The notes under the pieces: generated by a model
Told to the model about the DNA's origin: nothing
The model's input: only the letters and a program-made list of their open reading frames with translations
Databases searched by the model: none
Shown here: piece by piece, positions 11,929-24,497 of the stretch
How the letters are laid out: each line of letters starts with the position of its first letter
How positions within the stretch are numbered: the stretch's first letter is position 1
Position numbers and translations under genes: made by a program
Assembly: GCF_006345805.1 (NCBI RefSeq)
Contig: NC_042999.1
Location: forward strand, 153,016,001 to 153,080,000
Direction: 5' to 3'
Source: Octopus sinensis
Taxonomy: Eukaryota
DNA: 64,000 bases

Positions 11929-12497
11929 GGGTTAACACCTTCCTCTGAAAATTGCTGCCTTTGCAACAAAAATTTGGACAAAACAGAAGAAGAAGAAGAG
12001 AAGAAGAAGAAGAAAGAGGAGGAGCAGGAGCAGGAGCAGGATGAGGAGCAGGAAGAGGAGCTTCTTTATTAACCACAATGTCGACGAATAATCTATTCGA
12101 GGTACAGGACGATATACTGTGGGGTTACGTAAAAGCATGTAAAAATTTTAAAAAAGAAAAACAAAAATAATTCACAGGCATTATCTTCAGGATTCTGTTA
12201 TATTCCCTTCGTGCTCTTTGCTCTCTTCTCTCTTTACGTGTTTAATTAATGTTGTCTCAGTTGCTGCTACCGTTGTTGTCATTTCTATAATCAATGTTTG
12301 ATATTTATATTTAATAGCATTCCTTTCATTTGCTCCACCATTCCGTTTCTTCTCTCTTGTCTTCATATATCCTCACTTACAGCAATACGCTATTATCTGA
12401 CTTCACGTAATATAATGATTGATTCGTGTCTCTCATTCTTTCTCTTAGAGTATTCATTCTATTTGTTTATGTATTGTTTGGGTGTATACGACGGGGT

Positions 12498-12868
12498 GAA
12501 GGCGCAATGGCCCAGTGGTTAGGGAAGCGGACTTGCAGTCGTTGGATCGCGGTTTCGATTCCCAGACATGGCGTTTTGAGTGTTTACTGAGCGAAAACAC
12601 TTAAAGTTCCACGAGGCCCCAGCACGGTGGTGGCGAACCCTGCTGTACTCTTTCACCACAACTTCTTCCCACTCTTTCTGTTCTACCTGTATTTCAAAGG
12701 GCCAGCCTTGTCATACACCGTGTCACACTGAATGAATTTCCACGAGAAATACGTTAAGGGTACACATGTCTGTGGAGTGCTCAGCCATTTGCACGTTAAT
12801 TTCACGAACAGGCTGTTCCGTTGATCGGATTAACTGGAAAATTCGTCGTCGGAACCGACGGAGTGCCA
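12498..12868 (+). mobile_element. SINE family A2
   Basis: Colinear with 5501-5879. Confidence 0.9.
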
Positions 12869-12873
12869 CGATT

Positions 12874-13090
12874 CGAGAGGGTGCTGAAAAGTTCCTGGCG
12901 TCGGTTAAGAGAAAATACAAGAGGATCGGTTAATCATGACTTTACTCAACATATTCCCCTCTCAAATTCACACACTTATTGCAATGATCCTTCAGTTTTT
13001 CTAAGCCCTGTAAAAGAACTTGGATGATTGGGTCTCCAACCACACCTTTCGCGACACCCTTAAAGCCAGGAACTTTTCAGCACCTTGTCG
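12874..13090. mobile_element. mariner-type MITE
   Basis: Inverted termini GGTGCTGAAAAGTTCCTGGC / GCCAGGAACTTTTCAGCACC about 200 bp apart, no ORF. Confidence 0.8.
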
Positions 13091-13278
13091 TTTACTTAAA
13101 AAATAAAGAATGAATGGATATGTATATGTGTGTGTGTCTGTGTGGAGGTCTGATTGACCTCCCCTCCCCCCAAATTTCGGGCCTTGTGCCTAGAGTATAA
13201 ATTATTATTCTCTCTTTCTCTTCCTCTATCTATCTATCTATCTATACACGTGTGTACGTATACTCATACATATACGTG

Positions 13279-13342
<64 letters not shown>

Positions 13343-13937
13343 ATAGAAAAGAGTGAAAAAACTACAGAAGGCTGTTTTATAAGATAGTTTTTTCACTCTT
13401 TTCTATTTTTTATACATCCAACCGCGTGCTTTCACACACCAACTTCCTCATCTATATATATATAATATGCATGTATATATATGTGTGTGTGTTTACGTTC
13501 ATGTATGTATATATGTGTGAGTGTGTGTATTCATTTTTTTCCCAATCACTCATACTTTGGTTAAAGACTTTCCCAATTCTCTCTTTTCCATTCACATTTT
13601 CTTATTTCTTTCTTTTCTATATTCCACGTAAACTTGTCCATTTGCTAACCGCTATTTCTTCTCTCATTCATTCCGATTGCATCTCAATTCCATAGCATTC
13701 GGATTAATATCTCACAATTTCCTCCTATTACATTCTCAACGTCAGTCTCCATCGCATCTTATTCGCGAGATCTACGACATAAATACTAGTCATATACTGT
13801 GTCACCTCAAATGAATTATATTTCTTTGTAACAGATATATGACTGCTGTAATACTGAAACTGAAGGCTTTTTTTAACATCACATTACATGTTCCTTTATG
13901 TTAGTGTGGCAAAGATCATTCTGTTGTAAATGCATGT

Positions 13938-14486
13938 GAAGGCGTGTGACTTAATGGTTAGCGTATTCGGCTCAAGATCGTTAGGCCGTGAGTTCGATAA
14001 CCAGCGGCGCGTTGTATCCTTCAGCAAGACACTTTATTCCATGTTACTTCAGTCCACTCAGCAGGCAAAAATGAGTTGTACCTATTTCTTTATTACCCAC
14101 AAGGGGCTACACACAGAGGGGACAAACAAGGACAGACATGGGTATTAAGTCGATTACATCGACCCCAGTGCGTAACTGGTACTTAATTTATCGACCCCGA
14201 AAGTATGAAAGGCAAAGTCGACCTCGGCGGAATTTGAATTCACAGCGTAACGCAGACGAAATACCGCAAAGCATTTCGCCCGGTGTGCTAACGTTTCTGC
14301 CAGCTCGCGGCAAAAATGAGTTGTACCTGTTATTCAAAAGATCAGCCTTGTCACAATATGTGTCAAAGTACATTAAGGGCACTGATGTTTGTAGTATGTT
14401 CAGCCACTTGCACGCTAACCTCAGGCGAAGGATCCGCCGAAAATAGGATTAGATGGAATACTGGTTGTCGTAAGCGACGGTGTGTC
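13938..14486 (+). mobile_element. SINE family A1, split by SINE B
   Basis: Head at 13938; the body resumes after the duplicated 20-mer at 14309. Confidence 0.85.
14084..14308 (-). mobile_element. SINE family B with 20-bp TSD
   Basis: GGCAAAAATGAGTTGTACCT at 14064-14083 and 14309-14328. Confidence 0.93.
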
Positions 14487-14545
14487 AGTTTATTTATTCA
14501 TTATTTATGTATTTAAATATATATTTTGTAAACGTCGTTTCGAAC

Positions 14546-14818
14546 GTTGGGCCTCATGGAGGCAAAGTGGCCGAGCTCCCTTCGAGTGTTGGGCCTCACG
14601 GAGGCAAAGTGGCCGAGTTCCCTTCGAGTGTTGGGCCTCACGGAGGCAAAGTGGCCGAGTTCCCTTCGAGTGTTGGGCCTCATGGAGGCAAAGTGGCCGA
14701 GTTCCCTTCGAGTGTTGGGCCTCACGGAGGCAAAGTGGCCGAGTTCCCTTCGAGTGTTGGGCCTCACGGAGGCAAAGTGGCCGAGTTCCCTTCGAGTGTT
14801 GGGCCTCACGGTGGCAAT
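14546..14818. repeat. 42-bp GC-rich minisatellite, ~6.5 copies
   Basis: Unit GTTGGGCCTCAYGGAGGCAAAGTGGCCGAGTTCCCTTCGAGT starting at 14546, 14588, 14630, 14672, 14714, 14756 and 14798 (partial); no spacers. Confidence 0.97.
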
Positions 14819-14956
14819 GATTGAGACATTTGGCATTATGTCGTGCTTGAGACAGACCATCAAGCCGAGCAAAATCGCAGTCGTGGCAGATACCGGTGTC
14901 ATGCAACAGTATGGCCGCAGTTCAACAAGGAGGGGTTGTGTGTACATATATATATA

Positions 14957-14993
<37 letters not shown>

Positions 14994-15000
14994 CGTTTTG

Positions 15001-15031
<31 letters not shown>

Positions 15032-15329
15032 TGGTGTATAAGCTTCGAGATTGCATAGCTCTCATAAGTAAATATCGTGATTTATATCGGATTTATTCAA
15101 TGTTACGGTTTTAACGACCATAGGTTTCATCGAGAAACTGAAATAACTGGGTTAAAACATATGAAATCTTAAATATAGCGATATCAACAACAGCTGTGGC
15201 TTCTACACAGCCCAGGACTATAGTACAAGATACTTCCGTAAGGTGTCGTGCAGTGAGATTGAACCTATAACCAGGAAATTGCGAATCGAAATATTTAACT
15301 GCATATTTTGGCCTACAACGTCTTATATT

Positions 15330-15672
15330 TATTGGGTTGTCCGGAAAGTTCGTGCCGATATTTAAAGGAAAGAAACAGGTCAATAAATACTTGCCGTTAC
15401 ATTTTAATCTACCAACCATTTTGTTGCACAGTGCGTCTCCATCTTTCCTTTAACTTGAAAATACCCTCTTCCTAGAATTGAGGTGGTTTCATGGCAAAGA
15501 ATTCATCAAGGTGTCTTTTTATGTCATCCAAGGAATTGAAATTTCTACCACTAAGACTATTCTGCAGGGACCTGAATAAGTGGAAATCCGAAGGAGCAAT
15601 ATGTGGTGAATATGGAATGTGAGGTAACACATCCCGGCCGAGCTACAGCAATTTTTGTCTGGTTCCCAAAGC
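15330..15672 (-). mobile_element. mariner transposon 3' fragment
   Basis: Minus strand reads TRQKLL*LGRDVLPHIPYSPHIAPSDFHLFRSLQNSLSGRNF...F*EEGIFKLKERWRRTVQQNG (YSPDLAPSD-like motif). TA + TTGGGTTGTCCGGAAAG terminus at 15330. Confidence 0.92.
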
Positions 15673-16171
15673 ATCAAGCACCAAAAATGAACTTTTTTAT
15701 CTTCCATTTTAAAGGGTTACAGAATTAACATAGGTTATAGAAACATAAACCTTCTTCCATGAAAAGATAGCTTAAACCGTGCTCTAAATGGAGGTGTAGT
15801 GAAATCCTATTTTATGGACTCAACCATGTTGTAAAATAAATCGAACGGTAAGCTACTATAAATCGGTACGAACTTTCCACACAATCCAATAGTTTCGCGC
15901 CTTGGGCTTGAGTTCAAATTTTACCGATTCCATCTTTTGAAAGCGTGGCGATTTTTCTATTCTTCTCGCCCTTCATATTTAAATTTATGTTATTTGTTTC
16001 TGAAATCATGATTAAATATTTCGTTTGTTGTCATCACCAATTTATATTTCCACCATTTTGTCACATTCAAAAATATGCGCAAAATATCTTTGGCCTCCTG
16101 ATTTGATCTCTAACTACTCCGCTTTCTACTTCACTTAATTCCTCTAAGTCTTTCTGATCCTCTCAACCCCG

Positions 16172-16208
<37 letters not shown>

Positions 16209-16492
16209 CCTCTCTCTCTCTCTGCCTTTCTTTCTCCTCTTTGTTTTTCCCGCACGCACAAACACACGCACACACAGTATTCTAGTTGTTTATTACTTCA
16301 GTTTCTCTTGTTAATCTTTTTATTTCTCTCTCATTCCCCTTCAGTAGCCCATGCTCTATTTACTTTATTCTCTCCTCTTTCTCTCGCTTTCTCTCTCTCC
16401 GCGCTCCATTATACACACACACATACACACACACATATATATATATATATAACATATACATTTTTATATGCATGTATATATATATATATATA

Positions 16493-16555
<63 letters not shown>

Positions 16556-18076
16556 CTTATTTATACGCATATATATATACTTGCCTCTATATTAAAATTT
16601 GCATGTGTGTGTCTATGTGTTTCTGTGTATGTGTATATGTGTGTGTATGTACTTGCATATATATTAAAAAATTCTTCTGCTTCATTGAATGGCCTAAAAG
16701 TCCTTGATCAAAGCTTGAATATATCGTGCAACCATATCGGCAGTAACAACAACAACAACAACAACAGCAACAACAACAACACGAACAAGACCAATAACAA
16801 CAACACTAATATGATCACCACTGGTGTGATACGCGCCATAAAGCCCTCAAGGAATGGTACGAGCTGCCTAACATTGACTCATGCTTCACCAAATTTCTAA
16901 TTTATTTTTCACTAATTCCTTCATCTCTCTTTCTCCATTTTGTCTCCTTCGCCCATTTTATTTTATTTTACCATATTTATTTACTTCTTTTTCAATTTAT
17001 TTATTCAAATATTTTCGCTGGAAGAATGAAAGCCACAGTACAATTGCATAAATCTACTGTAACTAGTTATTAAGTTACTATGAAAAATTTATAAAACTGA
17101 CATAAAAAAACATAGATACACAAATACTGATATTTAAAAATGCTTATTAAGCTATTGTTTAATTATCATTAAGCTACGTTTAAACTTATTTAAGCTAGTG
17201 TTAAACTGTTATGAAATTACTGCAAAAAGAATAAGAACAGAATAAGATAGGTATTGTACAACATTAATATAAAATAATTAAAAACTACAATAAAAATTTT
17301 ATTGTAAAGCTACTGCAATATAATGTTGAACTTTTCTAGAATATTTTTATACTGTAATAAAATTATTAAACTATATAATGTAAAGATTACTACAGAAACC
17401 TACTATAAAAGGCACACAAACTTCTCTAAATGTGTTCATAATTTATAGCAAAAATTATTGATGTACCGTTAAAAAATATCTGGTAGACAACCGTCGTTTC
17501 ATGATGGTTAATCGGTTGTTTGTAGCAAACGATTGAATAAGAGTAAATATATAAAGCGGGTTCACAATAATCAAAGATGTGTATTATGACATTAAATACA
17601 CCAAAGGAAGAAACAGAAAAGAACGTAATCTTTCGGGAAACACCTCTTTTCAGAGAGAACAAAAAGAATTGAGAGAGACACATATAAAGTTTCGGTCTGT
17701 CCAATTTCTCTAATTCCGACGTGAATATAAAATGGCAAAAGCCCAAAATGCCTCATGGTGGTATTCATCCCGAGATCTCGTAGATGCGAGGCGAACTTTT
17801 TTATCCACCCTACCATAGAGAGCTTAGCGAATAGGTAAATATATGCACAAACATATATACACATACAAAACTACATGGACAAAGGAATTTAATGGAAAAC
17901 GAAACAAAAAGAAAAAGAAAAATCACAGACGGCCGCGCATAACTCTGAACCCATCATCTGTTGCCAACCGGAATTATGATTTTTTTGACACCTAATACAA
18001 ATCTCAATTAACAGCTGATGATCGGGTCTCACTCATGCAGGTCCATCTTCCCAATAAATATTCTTGTCCATCTTAT

Positions 18077-18506
18077 TTGTTTTAGTCATTAGACAACGGC
18101 CATGCTAAGGCACCGCCTTGAAGAATTTTTAATCGAATGAATCGACTTTAGTATTTATTTTTCTTAAAGTCTATTATTTATTCTATCGGTGTCTATTGCC
18201 GAACTGCTATGTTACGTTACGGGGCCTGAAGACACCAACAGCGATTGTCAAACGGTGACGGGAGACACCCACAGACACAAAGACACACATACACAAACAC
18301 ACACACACATACACACACACACACACACGCATACATTCTTGCGACGTGTTTCTCTCAAATTCCGTTTACCATATCCATTCACAACGTTTTGTTCAGCCTG
18401 GGACTATAATAGAAGACAGACACCCAAGGTACCTCGTAGTGGAACTGAACCAGGAACCATGTGGTTGGGAAGCCAATTTCATACCACACAGCCATGCTTG
18501 CGCCTG
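18077..18506 (-). mobile_element. SINE family C
   Basis: Colinear with family C, diverged. Confidence 0.82.
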
Positions 18507-19109
18507 TACAACAGAGTGTTAATGCAGCTATGCTCTCGTTCTCTAACAGCCACATTTATGCAGTGTTGCTACGACAACGATAGAAGAGTCGAGTGGGTGT
18601 CTTTATCTTCTTGCGCCTATAGAAGAGCGTAAAAAGAATTAGCAACACCGCGTTGCTAATTCTTTTATTTTGCTAATTCGCGTTAGGATTTTAATAGCAA
18701 ATCATCCTCGACTGCGAGTGACGGCTATGGTGTATTGTTAAAAACGGATTAAGAAATTTGTCGTTAAACAATTATTAATATACTGTAAAAAAAATAATTA
18801 AAATTCTGTAAAAACACATGTTATTAAGCATCTGTAAAAACAACCAGCAAACCATTGTGAAAACGAAAAGACAAATAAAAAGAATTATTAATCCGTTGTA
18901 AACAAATGGCTGAATCATGTAATTAACAAGCAATTGAATTTAATTAATGACTAAACGAACAAGTAAATTATGAAATATTATTAATAATTATAATATTTTT
19001 GTAAATTATTTGCTCGTTTAATTTATTATTAATATCAATAACTTTAGCAAGAATAACAATAACAATATTAATAGTGATGGTGACAGGTACATTGCTATTG
19101 TAGCTGTTC

Positions 19110-19460
19110 TTGGTGGTGGTGGTGGTGTTGTTGGTGGTGGTGGTGGTGTTGTTGTTGTTGTTGTGGTGGTGGTGGTGGTGGTGGCGGTGGTGGTGGCGGT
19201 GGTGGTGGCGGTGGTGGTGGCGGTGGCGGTGGTGGTGGTAGCGGTGGCGGTGGCGGTGGAGGTGGTGGTGTGGTGGTGGTGGTGGTTGTGGTGGTAGCGG
19301 TGGTGGTAGCGTTGGTGGTGGCGGGGTAGTGGTGACGGTGGCGGTGGAGGTGATGCGGTGGTGGTGGTGGTGGTGGTGGTGGTGTGGTGGTGGTGTGGTG
19401 GTGGATGTCGTGATGGTGGTGGTGATGGTGGTGGTGGGGATGGTGAATGTGGTGCTGTTG
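19110..19460. repeat. (GGT)n array
   Basis: Seen directly. Confidence 0.93.
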
Positions 19461-19836
19461 GTGAGCGGAACTTTTTTTCTTTATATTTGCTGCTTTTTAG
19501 TCTCAAGTCAGCTCCGACTGAGTACACTAACTATTTAATGCACTCCAACAATGACCATCCTGTCCTCCAAAGAAATCACTGACTAACAAACACTACGTTA
19601 TTTAACATGTTTTGCCGTTTTAAGACCAGCAATTTGAGGAAGATTTAGTAGCTATTTCTAGTAGGTCAACAAACGATATTGAGTCTTCCTTGTTTTGCCC
19701 AGTATAATAGATCGGTCAAAATATTAGGAGGTGATTATGTGCTGCATACACACACTTGCGCTCACACACACACACATACGCATGCACATACACACACTCA
19801 AAGTGCCTGTGTGTGTATCCTATTCATTTCTTCTAT

Positions 19837-20049
19837 TTGTTTCAGTCATTTGACTGCAGCCATGCTGGAGCACCGCCCCTATTTCGAACAAATCGACCCC
19901 AGCACTTATTCTTTGTAAGCCTAGTACTTATCATATCGCTTCCTTTTGCCGAACCGGTAAGTTACTAGAACGTAAACACACCAACATCGGTTGTCAAGCC
20001 ACGGTGGGGAAGAAACATATACCTATACATAGATATATACATATACAGA

Positions 20050-20106
<57 letters not shown>

Positions 20107-20288
20107 GATATATATATATATATATATATACACGACGGGCTTCTTTAAGTTTCCATCTACCAAATCCACTCATAAGGCTTTGGTCAGCTCGAGGCTATAG
20201 TAGAAGACACTCTCCCAAGATGCCACGCAGTAGGATTGAACCCGGAGCTATGTGGTTGGGAAGCAAGCTACTTACCACACAACCACTA
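19837..20288 (-). mobile_element. SINE family C with expanded internal (TA)n
   Basis: Colinear with family C. Confidence 0.88.
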
Positions 20289-20686
20289 TTAGTTTCAGCC
20301 CCGTAAGGCTATGGTCATGCTGGAGCAGCACCAGTGTTATCACCCTTTCAGTGGCCATTCTCTTGTGATTGGCTTTTGGTGGACGAAGGAATTCGATATT
20401 ATTACTGCCCACTTTTGAGTTTCTTGCCGTGATGTAGGTTCATCTCGGATTTTGGTCGTGTTGTTTCATGAAAACATCTACTCCTACTCCATATAGGGCT
20501 CTGGAGATTTCTTCTTTCTTTTTTTTGGGGGGGGGGCAAGATACTAAATACATGAATCCCAACCTACTTCAGTACATGGTCCTTAATCGACATGGAAGAG
20601 CTGGGACCGCTAAGCATTTTGTCCAAAACGGTAACAATATTACAAGCTCATTGCCTTAATAATAATAATAATGATGATAATAATAA

Positions 20687-20736
<50 letters not shown>

Positions 20737-20737
<1 letters not shown>

Positions 20738-21067
20738 CGGCAGATGACAACGTGTCTCTAAAAGAAATGGAGAAACTTTCAAAATACAAAGACCTGGAAA
20801 TAGAGGTAACCAGAATGTGGAATCTAAAAACAGAAACAATTGCTATCATAGTAGGTGCATTAGGCATGATAAAAAAATATTCAGACAAATACATAACAAA
20901 CACACCAGGACTTACAAACACATATAACATACAGAAAATTGCACTACTAGGCACTGCACACATCCTACGCAGAACACTTTCCATACAATAACCATCAGAG
21001 CATCACAACAAGGCACACAGAGCTGCGCTCGGTAGTGAAGTGAAAGCACGCTATAAAAATAAAACTA

Positions 21068-21070
<3 letters not shown>
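20737..21070 (+). mobile_element. 5'-truncated Dong/R4-clade RLE LINE in (TAA)n
   Basis: Stop-free frame PADDNVSLKEMEKLSKYKDLEIEVTRMWNLKTETIAIIVGALGMIKK...IQKIALLGTAHILRRTLSIQ* (RLE domain end), short 3' UTR, (TAA)n on both sides. Confidence 0.9.
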
Positions 21071-21137
<67 letters not shown>

Positions 21138-21148
21138 TTAATAATAAT

Positions 21149-21608
21149 AAAAGATGGGCTACAGCAAATATTCTGCTCAATACCACATATTTGCTTGTCA
21201 GTTATTTGACTTTAACCAGTTGAGCATGTCCCTTAGTGGCTGACGATATGTACTTCTCTGGTCATTAGCAGAAGTAGTGGAGAAGCATCGTAGCCGTGTG
21301 CTGAGAGGGATTCTTAAAGGTTTGGATAATTCGCCTTTGGAAACATGGGTGGTTCGTTCAACATCCTTAAACAACCCTTATTCAGGGACCTTTTGAGCGG
21401 GATGGGCTACTCGGCCAGAAGAAAAGTCTAACTGGGCCCCACCTGCAAGGTCATGCGCTGTTTATCTTGATATGAGATATGGTCGCACACATGCTTGTGA
21501 TGTATGTGTCTGGTGTACCCTTATCAGACGGGTAGTCATGATGTGTATACTGGGGTTCTTATATTTTACACCAGTGTCACTTTGATGGCATGCACTGCTC
21601 TCTCACTC
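21149..21608 (+). mobile_element. 5'-truncated copy of a ~580-bp TAA-associated non-autonomous retroelement
   Basis: Homologous to the reverse complement of 23108-23560; flanked by (TAA)n on both sides; no ORF. Confidence 0.88.
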
Positions 21609-21609
21609 G

Positions 21610-21673
<64 letters not shown>

Positions 21674-21804
21674 GCATACCCAGCTGACAACATGGAAGAA
21701 AGAAAAGTAGAGAGATATGACAGGTTAGCTTGGGAAGTTCAGTAGTTGTGGTCGATGAAAAAAGTAGCAGTAGCAGTACCAGTGTCACTTTGATGGCATG
21801 CACT
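21674..21804 (+). mobile_element. RLE coding fragment fused to the 3' end of the TAA element
   Basis: Reads AYPADNMEERKVERYDRLAWEVQ*LWSMKKVAVAVPV, then CCAGTGTCACTTTGATGGCATGCACT (21779-21804), identical to 21571-21596; (TAA)n flanks. Confidence 0.75.
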
Positions 21805-21828
21805 ACCTTCTAAATAATAATAATAATG

Positions 21829-21862
<34 letters not shown>

Positions 21863-21886
21863 TGATGATGATGATGATGAAGATGG

Positions 21887-21951
<65 letters not shown>

Positions 21952-22347
21952 GTGGTTGTGTTGATGACCATGGCGGTGATGATGACGATGGTCGCTAATT
22001 TATCAACTGACAGAATTTTATTTGCGATCTATGAATGGTATATTTCTTAGAATAAATCAATATGATTTAGAATTCCGAAATCTACCATTTTATCATAAGC
22101 ATGACGCCTCTTCTATCCTTCGCTCTGTGACTCCATCACTCCTTAAGAGTACAGAACCGCCCATTTTCGAAATGTTAGCTTTAGACACATTGTCAAAATT
22201 ATTTAAGTTTTTCATACTTGCTATCCACGAACAGTTCATTGAAATTTCACTAAGGAACAAGTATAAATGCATGCCTTACACACACACATACACATATACA
22301 CACTTGCATGCATACTGTATGTACATATGCACACACATATATGCATA

Positions 22348-22404
<57 letters not shown>

Positions 22405-22486
22405 CATAAGGGCACACGTGGCACCTACCTGCTAGAATAATAATACCTATATAAATATTCGCTTTTGAATATTTAGTCCTTATTAA

Positions 22487-22523
<37 letters not shown>

Positions 22524-23051
22524 GTATTTATGTATGTATAAACCCATTTCTTATCTTATAAAAAAATATTCTTTCTTCTCTTTAACATCACATTTTTTTA
22601 TATTGTTCGTCCCATTTCTCTCATACTCACTAGTTTTTCCTTTAGTCACGATTATTAAGCAGTGCTTTCTTCCATTTCCTGTAGTGCATTATCAGCTCTG
22701 GCTTGTTTTTCTATAATTTCTATTTTAGCACGATGGATTAGTTCTGACGTGTTTCTCTAGTTTCTTCTCCTTTTATGGACCGACATTATTATTATCTGAA
22801 TGAGATCGCATATTATTCTGAAGCCTGTTGTTTAAAGGTGCACGTGTCACAGTTTTCCATACTTTTATTCCTGAATTTTTGTATTTCAACTTTCCCCCAT
22901 TCTCTTTGAGTGACACGTTTCTGGTTTAAAGGCATGATATGTTAATTATACTTAGCTTGATTTCATACTTTCTATGTTGTTGTTTTAATCTTCTTCTTCT
23001 TCTTCTTCTTCTTCTTCTTCTTCTTCTTCTTCTTCTTCTTCTTCTTCTTCT

Positions 23052-23107
<56 letters not shown>

Positions 23108-23689
23108 GAGTGAGAGAGCAGTTCATGCCATCAAAGTGACACTGGAGTAAAATATACGAAGCCCAGTATACCCATCATGACTACCCGTATGATAAGGGTA
23201 CACTAGGCACATGCATCGCAACCATATGTTCGCGACGTGGTGATCTCATATCAAGATAAACAGCACATGACCTTGCAGGTGGGGCCCAGTTAGAATTTTC
23301 TTCTGGTCGAGTAACCCATCCCGCTCAAAGGGTCCCTGAATAAGGGTTGTTTAAGGATGTTGAACGAAACACCCATCTTTCGAGGGGTGAATTATTCAAA
23401 GCCCCAAAGAATCCCTCTCAACACATGACTACGATGCTCTCCCACTAATCGTGATCAGAGATGCACATATCGTCAGCCACTAAGAGTTATGCTCAACTGG
23501 TTAAGGTCAAACAACTGACAAGAAAATCTGTGGTATTGAGAAGAATATTTGCTGTAGCCCATCTTTTATACCAAGACAAAGCAATGTACATGATAACACT
23601 TCCCATCAGTTAAGATCAGAAGCTACGAGAGCCATTGTCTGGTACTGCATCAGGGCATAGAGCCATTGCCTGGTACTGCGTCAGGGCAT
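23108..23689 (-). mobile_element. longest copy of the TAA-associated non-autonomous retroelement
   Basis: About 580 bp between (TTA)n tracts, with a 31-bp tandem duplication at its 5' end (23628-23689). No tRNA head and no ORF. Confidence 0.88.
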
Positions 23690-23705
23690 TTATTATTAAT
23701 ATTAA

Positions 23706-23738
<33 letters not shown>

Positions 23739-23764
23739 CATTATTATTATTATTATTATTATTA

Positions 23765-23817
<53 letters not shown>

Positions 23818-24192
23818 GTTGTTGTTGTTGTTGTTGTTGTTGCTGCTGCTGCTGTTGTTGTTGTTGTTGTTGCTGTTGTTGTTGTTATTGTTGTTGTTAT
23901 TATCATTATTATTATTATTATAATTAAGCGACGAGACCGATGTTGGTGTGTTTACGTCCCCGTAAACTCAGCGATTCGGCAAAAAAAGAGACCGATAGAA
24001 TAAGTACCAGGCTTACAAAGAATAAGTCATGGGACCAACTTGTTCGACTAAAAAGGCAGTACTCCAGCATGGCCGTGTGGAATTTCCGAACTAAAAGAAC
24101 TCAGCTCTATATGTACATATGTATGTGTTCATGTTTATTAGACGACCAAACTCCAGCATAGCGAAATTTTCATAATTCTTTTCTCTTTTTGC

Positions 24193-24412
24193 TTGTTTCA
24201 GTCGTTTGACTGCGGCCATGCTGGAGCACGGCCTTTAGTCGAACAAATCGACCCCCAGGACTTACTCTTTGTAAGTCTAGTACTAATTCTATCGGTCTCT
24301 TTTGCGCAGCCACTAAGTTACGGGAACGTAAACACACCAATATCGCTCGTCAAGCGATGGTGGGAGGACAAACATAAACACACAAATACATACATACATA
24401 CATACAAACATT

Positions 24413-24455
<43 letters not shown>

Positions 24456-24497
24456 CTATATTTCCGTGAGAGTTAGAGATTGGGAAGCCAACCAACT
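24193..24497 (-). mobile_element. SINE family C, head largely deleted
   Basis: 3' half colinear with family C. Confidence 0.8.

Noticed and set aside
14546-14818. CRISPR-like array or repetitive protein exon
   Set aside because: Units abut with no unique spacers, the context is eukaryotic, and there are no splice signals or flanking coding sequence.
17592-17864. Candidate host exon (non-repetitive ORFs; AG|GTAAAT near 17833)
   Set aside because: No recognisable protein in any frame, no clear acceptor, and donor-like hexamers are expected by chance.
23590-23689. snRNA-, 5S- or HDV-ribozyme-derived head for the TAA element
   Set aside because: No match to the U1, U2, U4, U5, U6, 5S or 7SL sequences I recall, and no HDV double pseudoknot could be fitted by eye; left open for computation.
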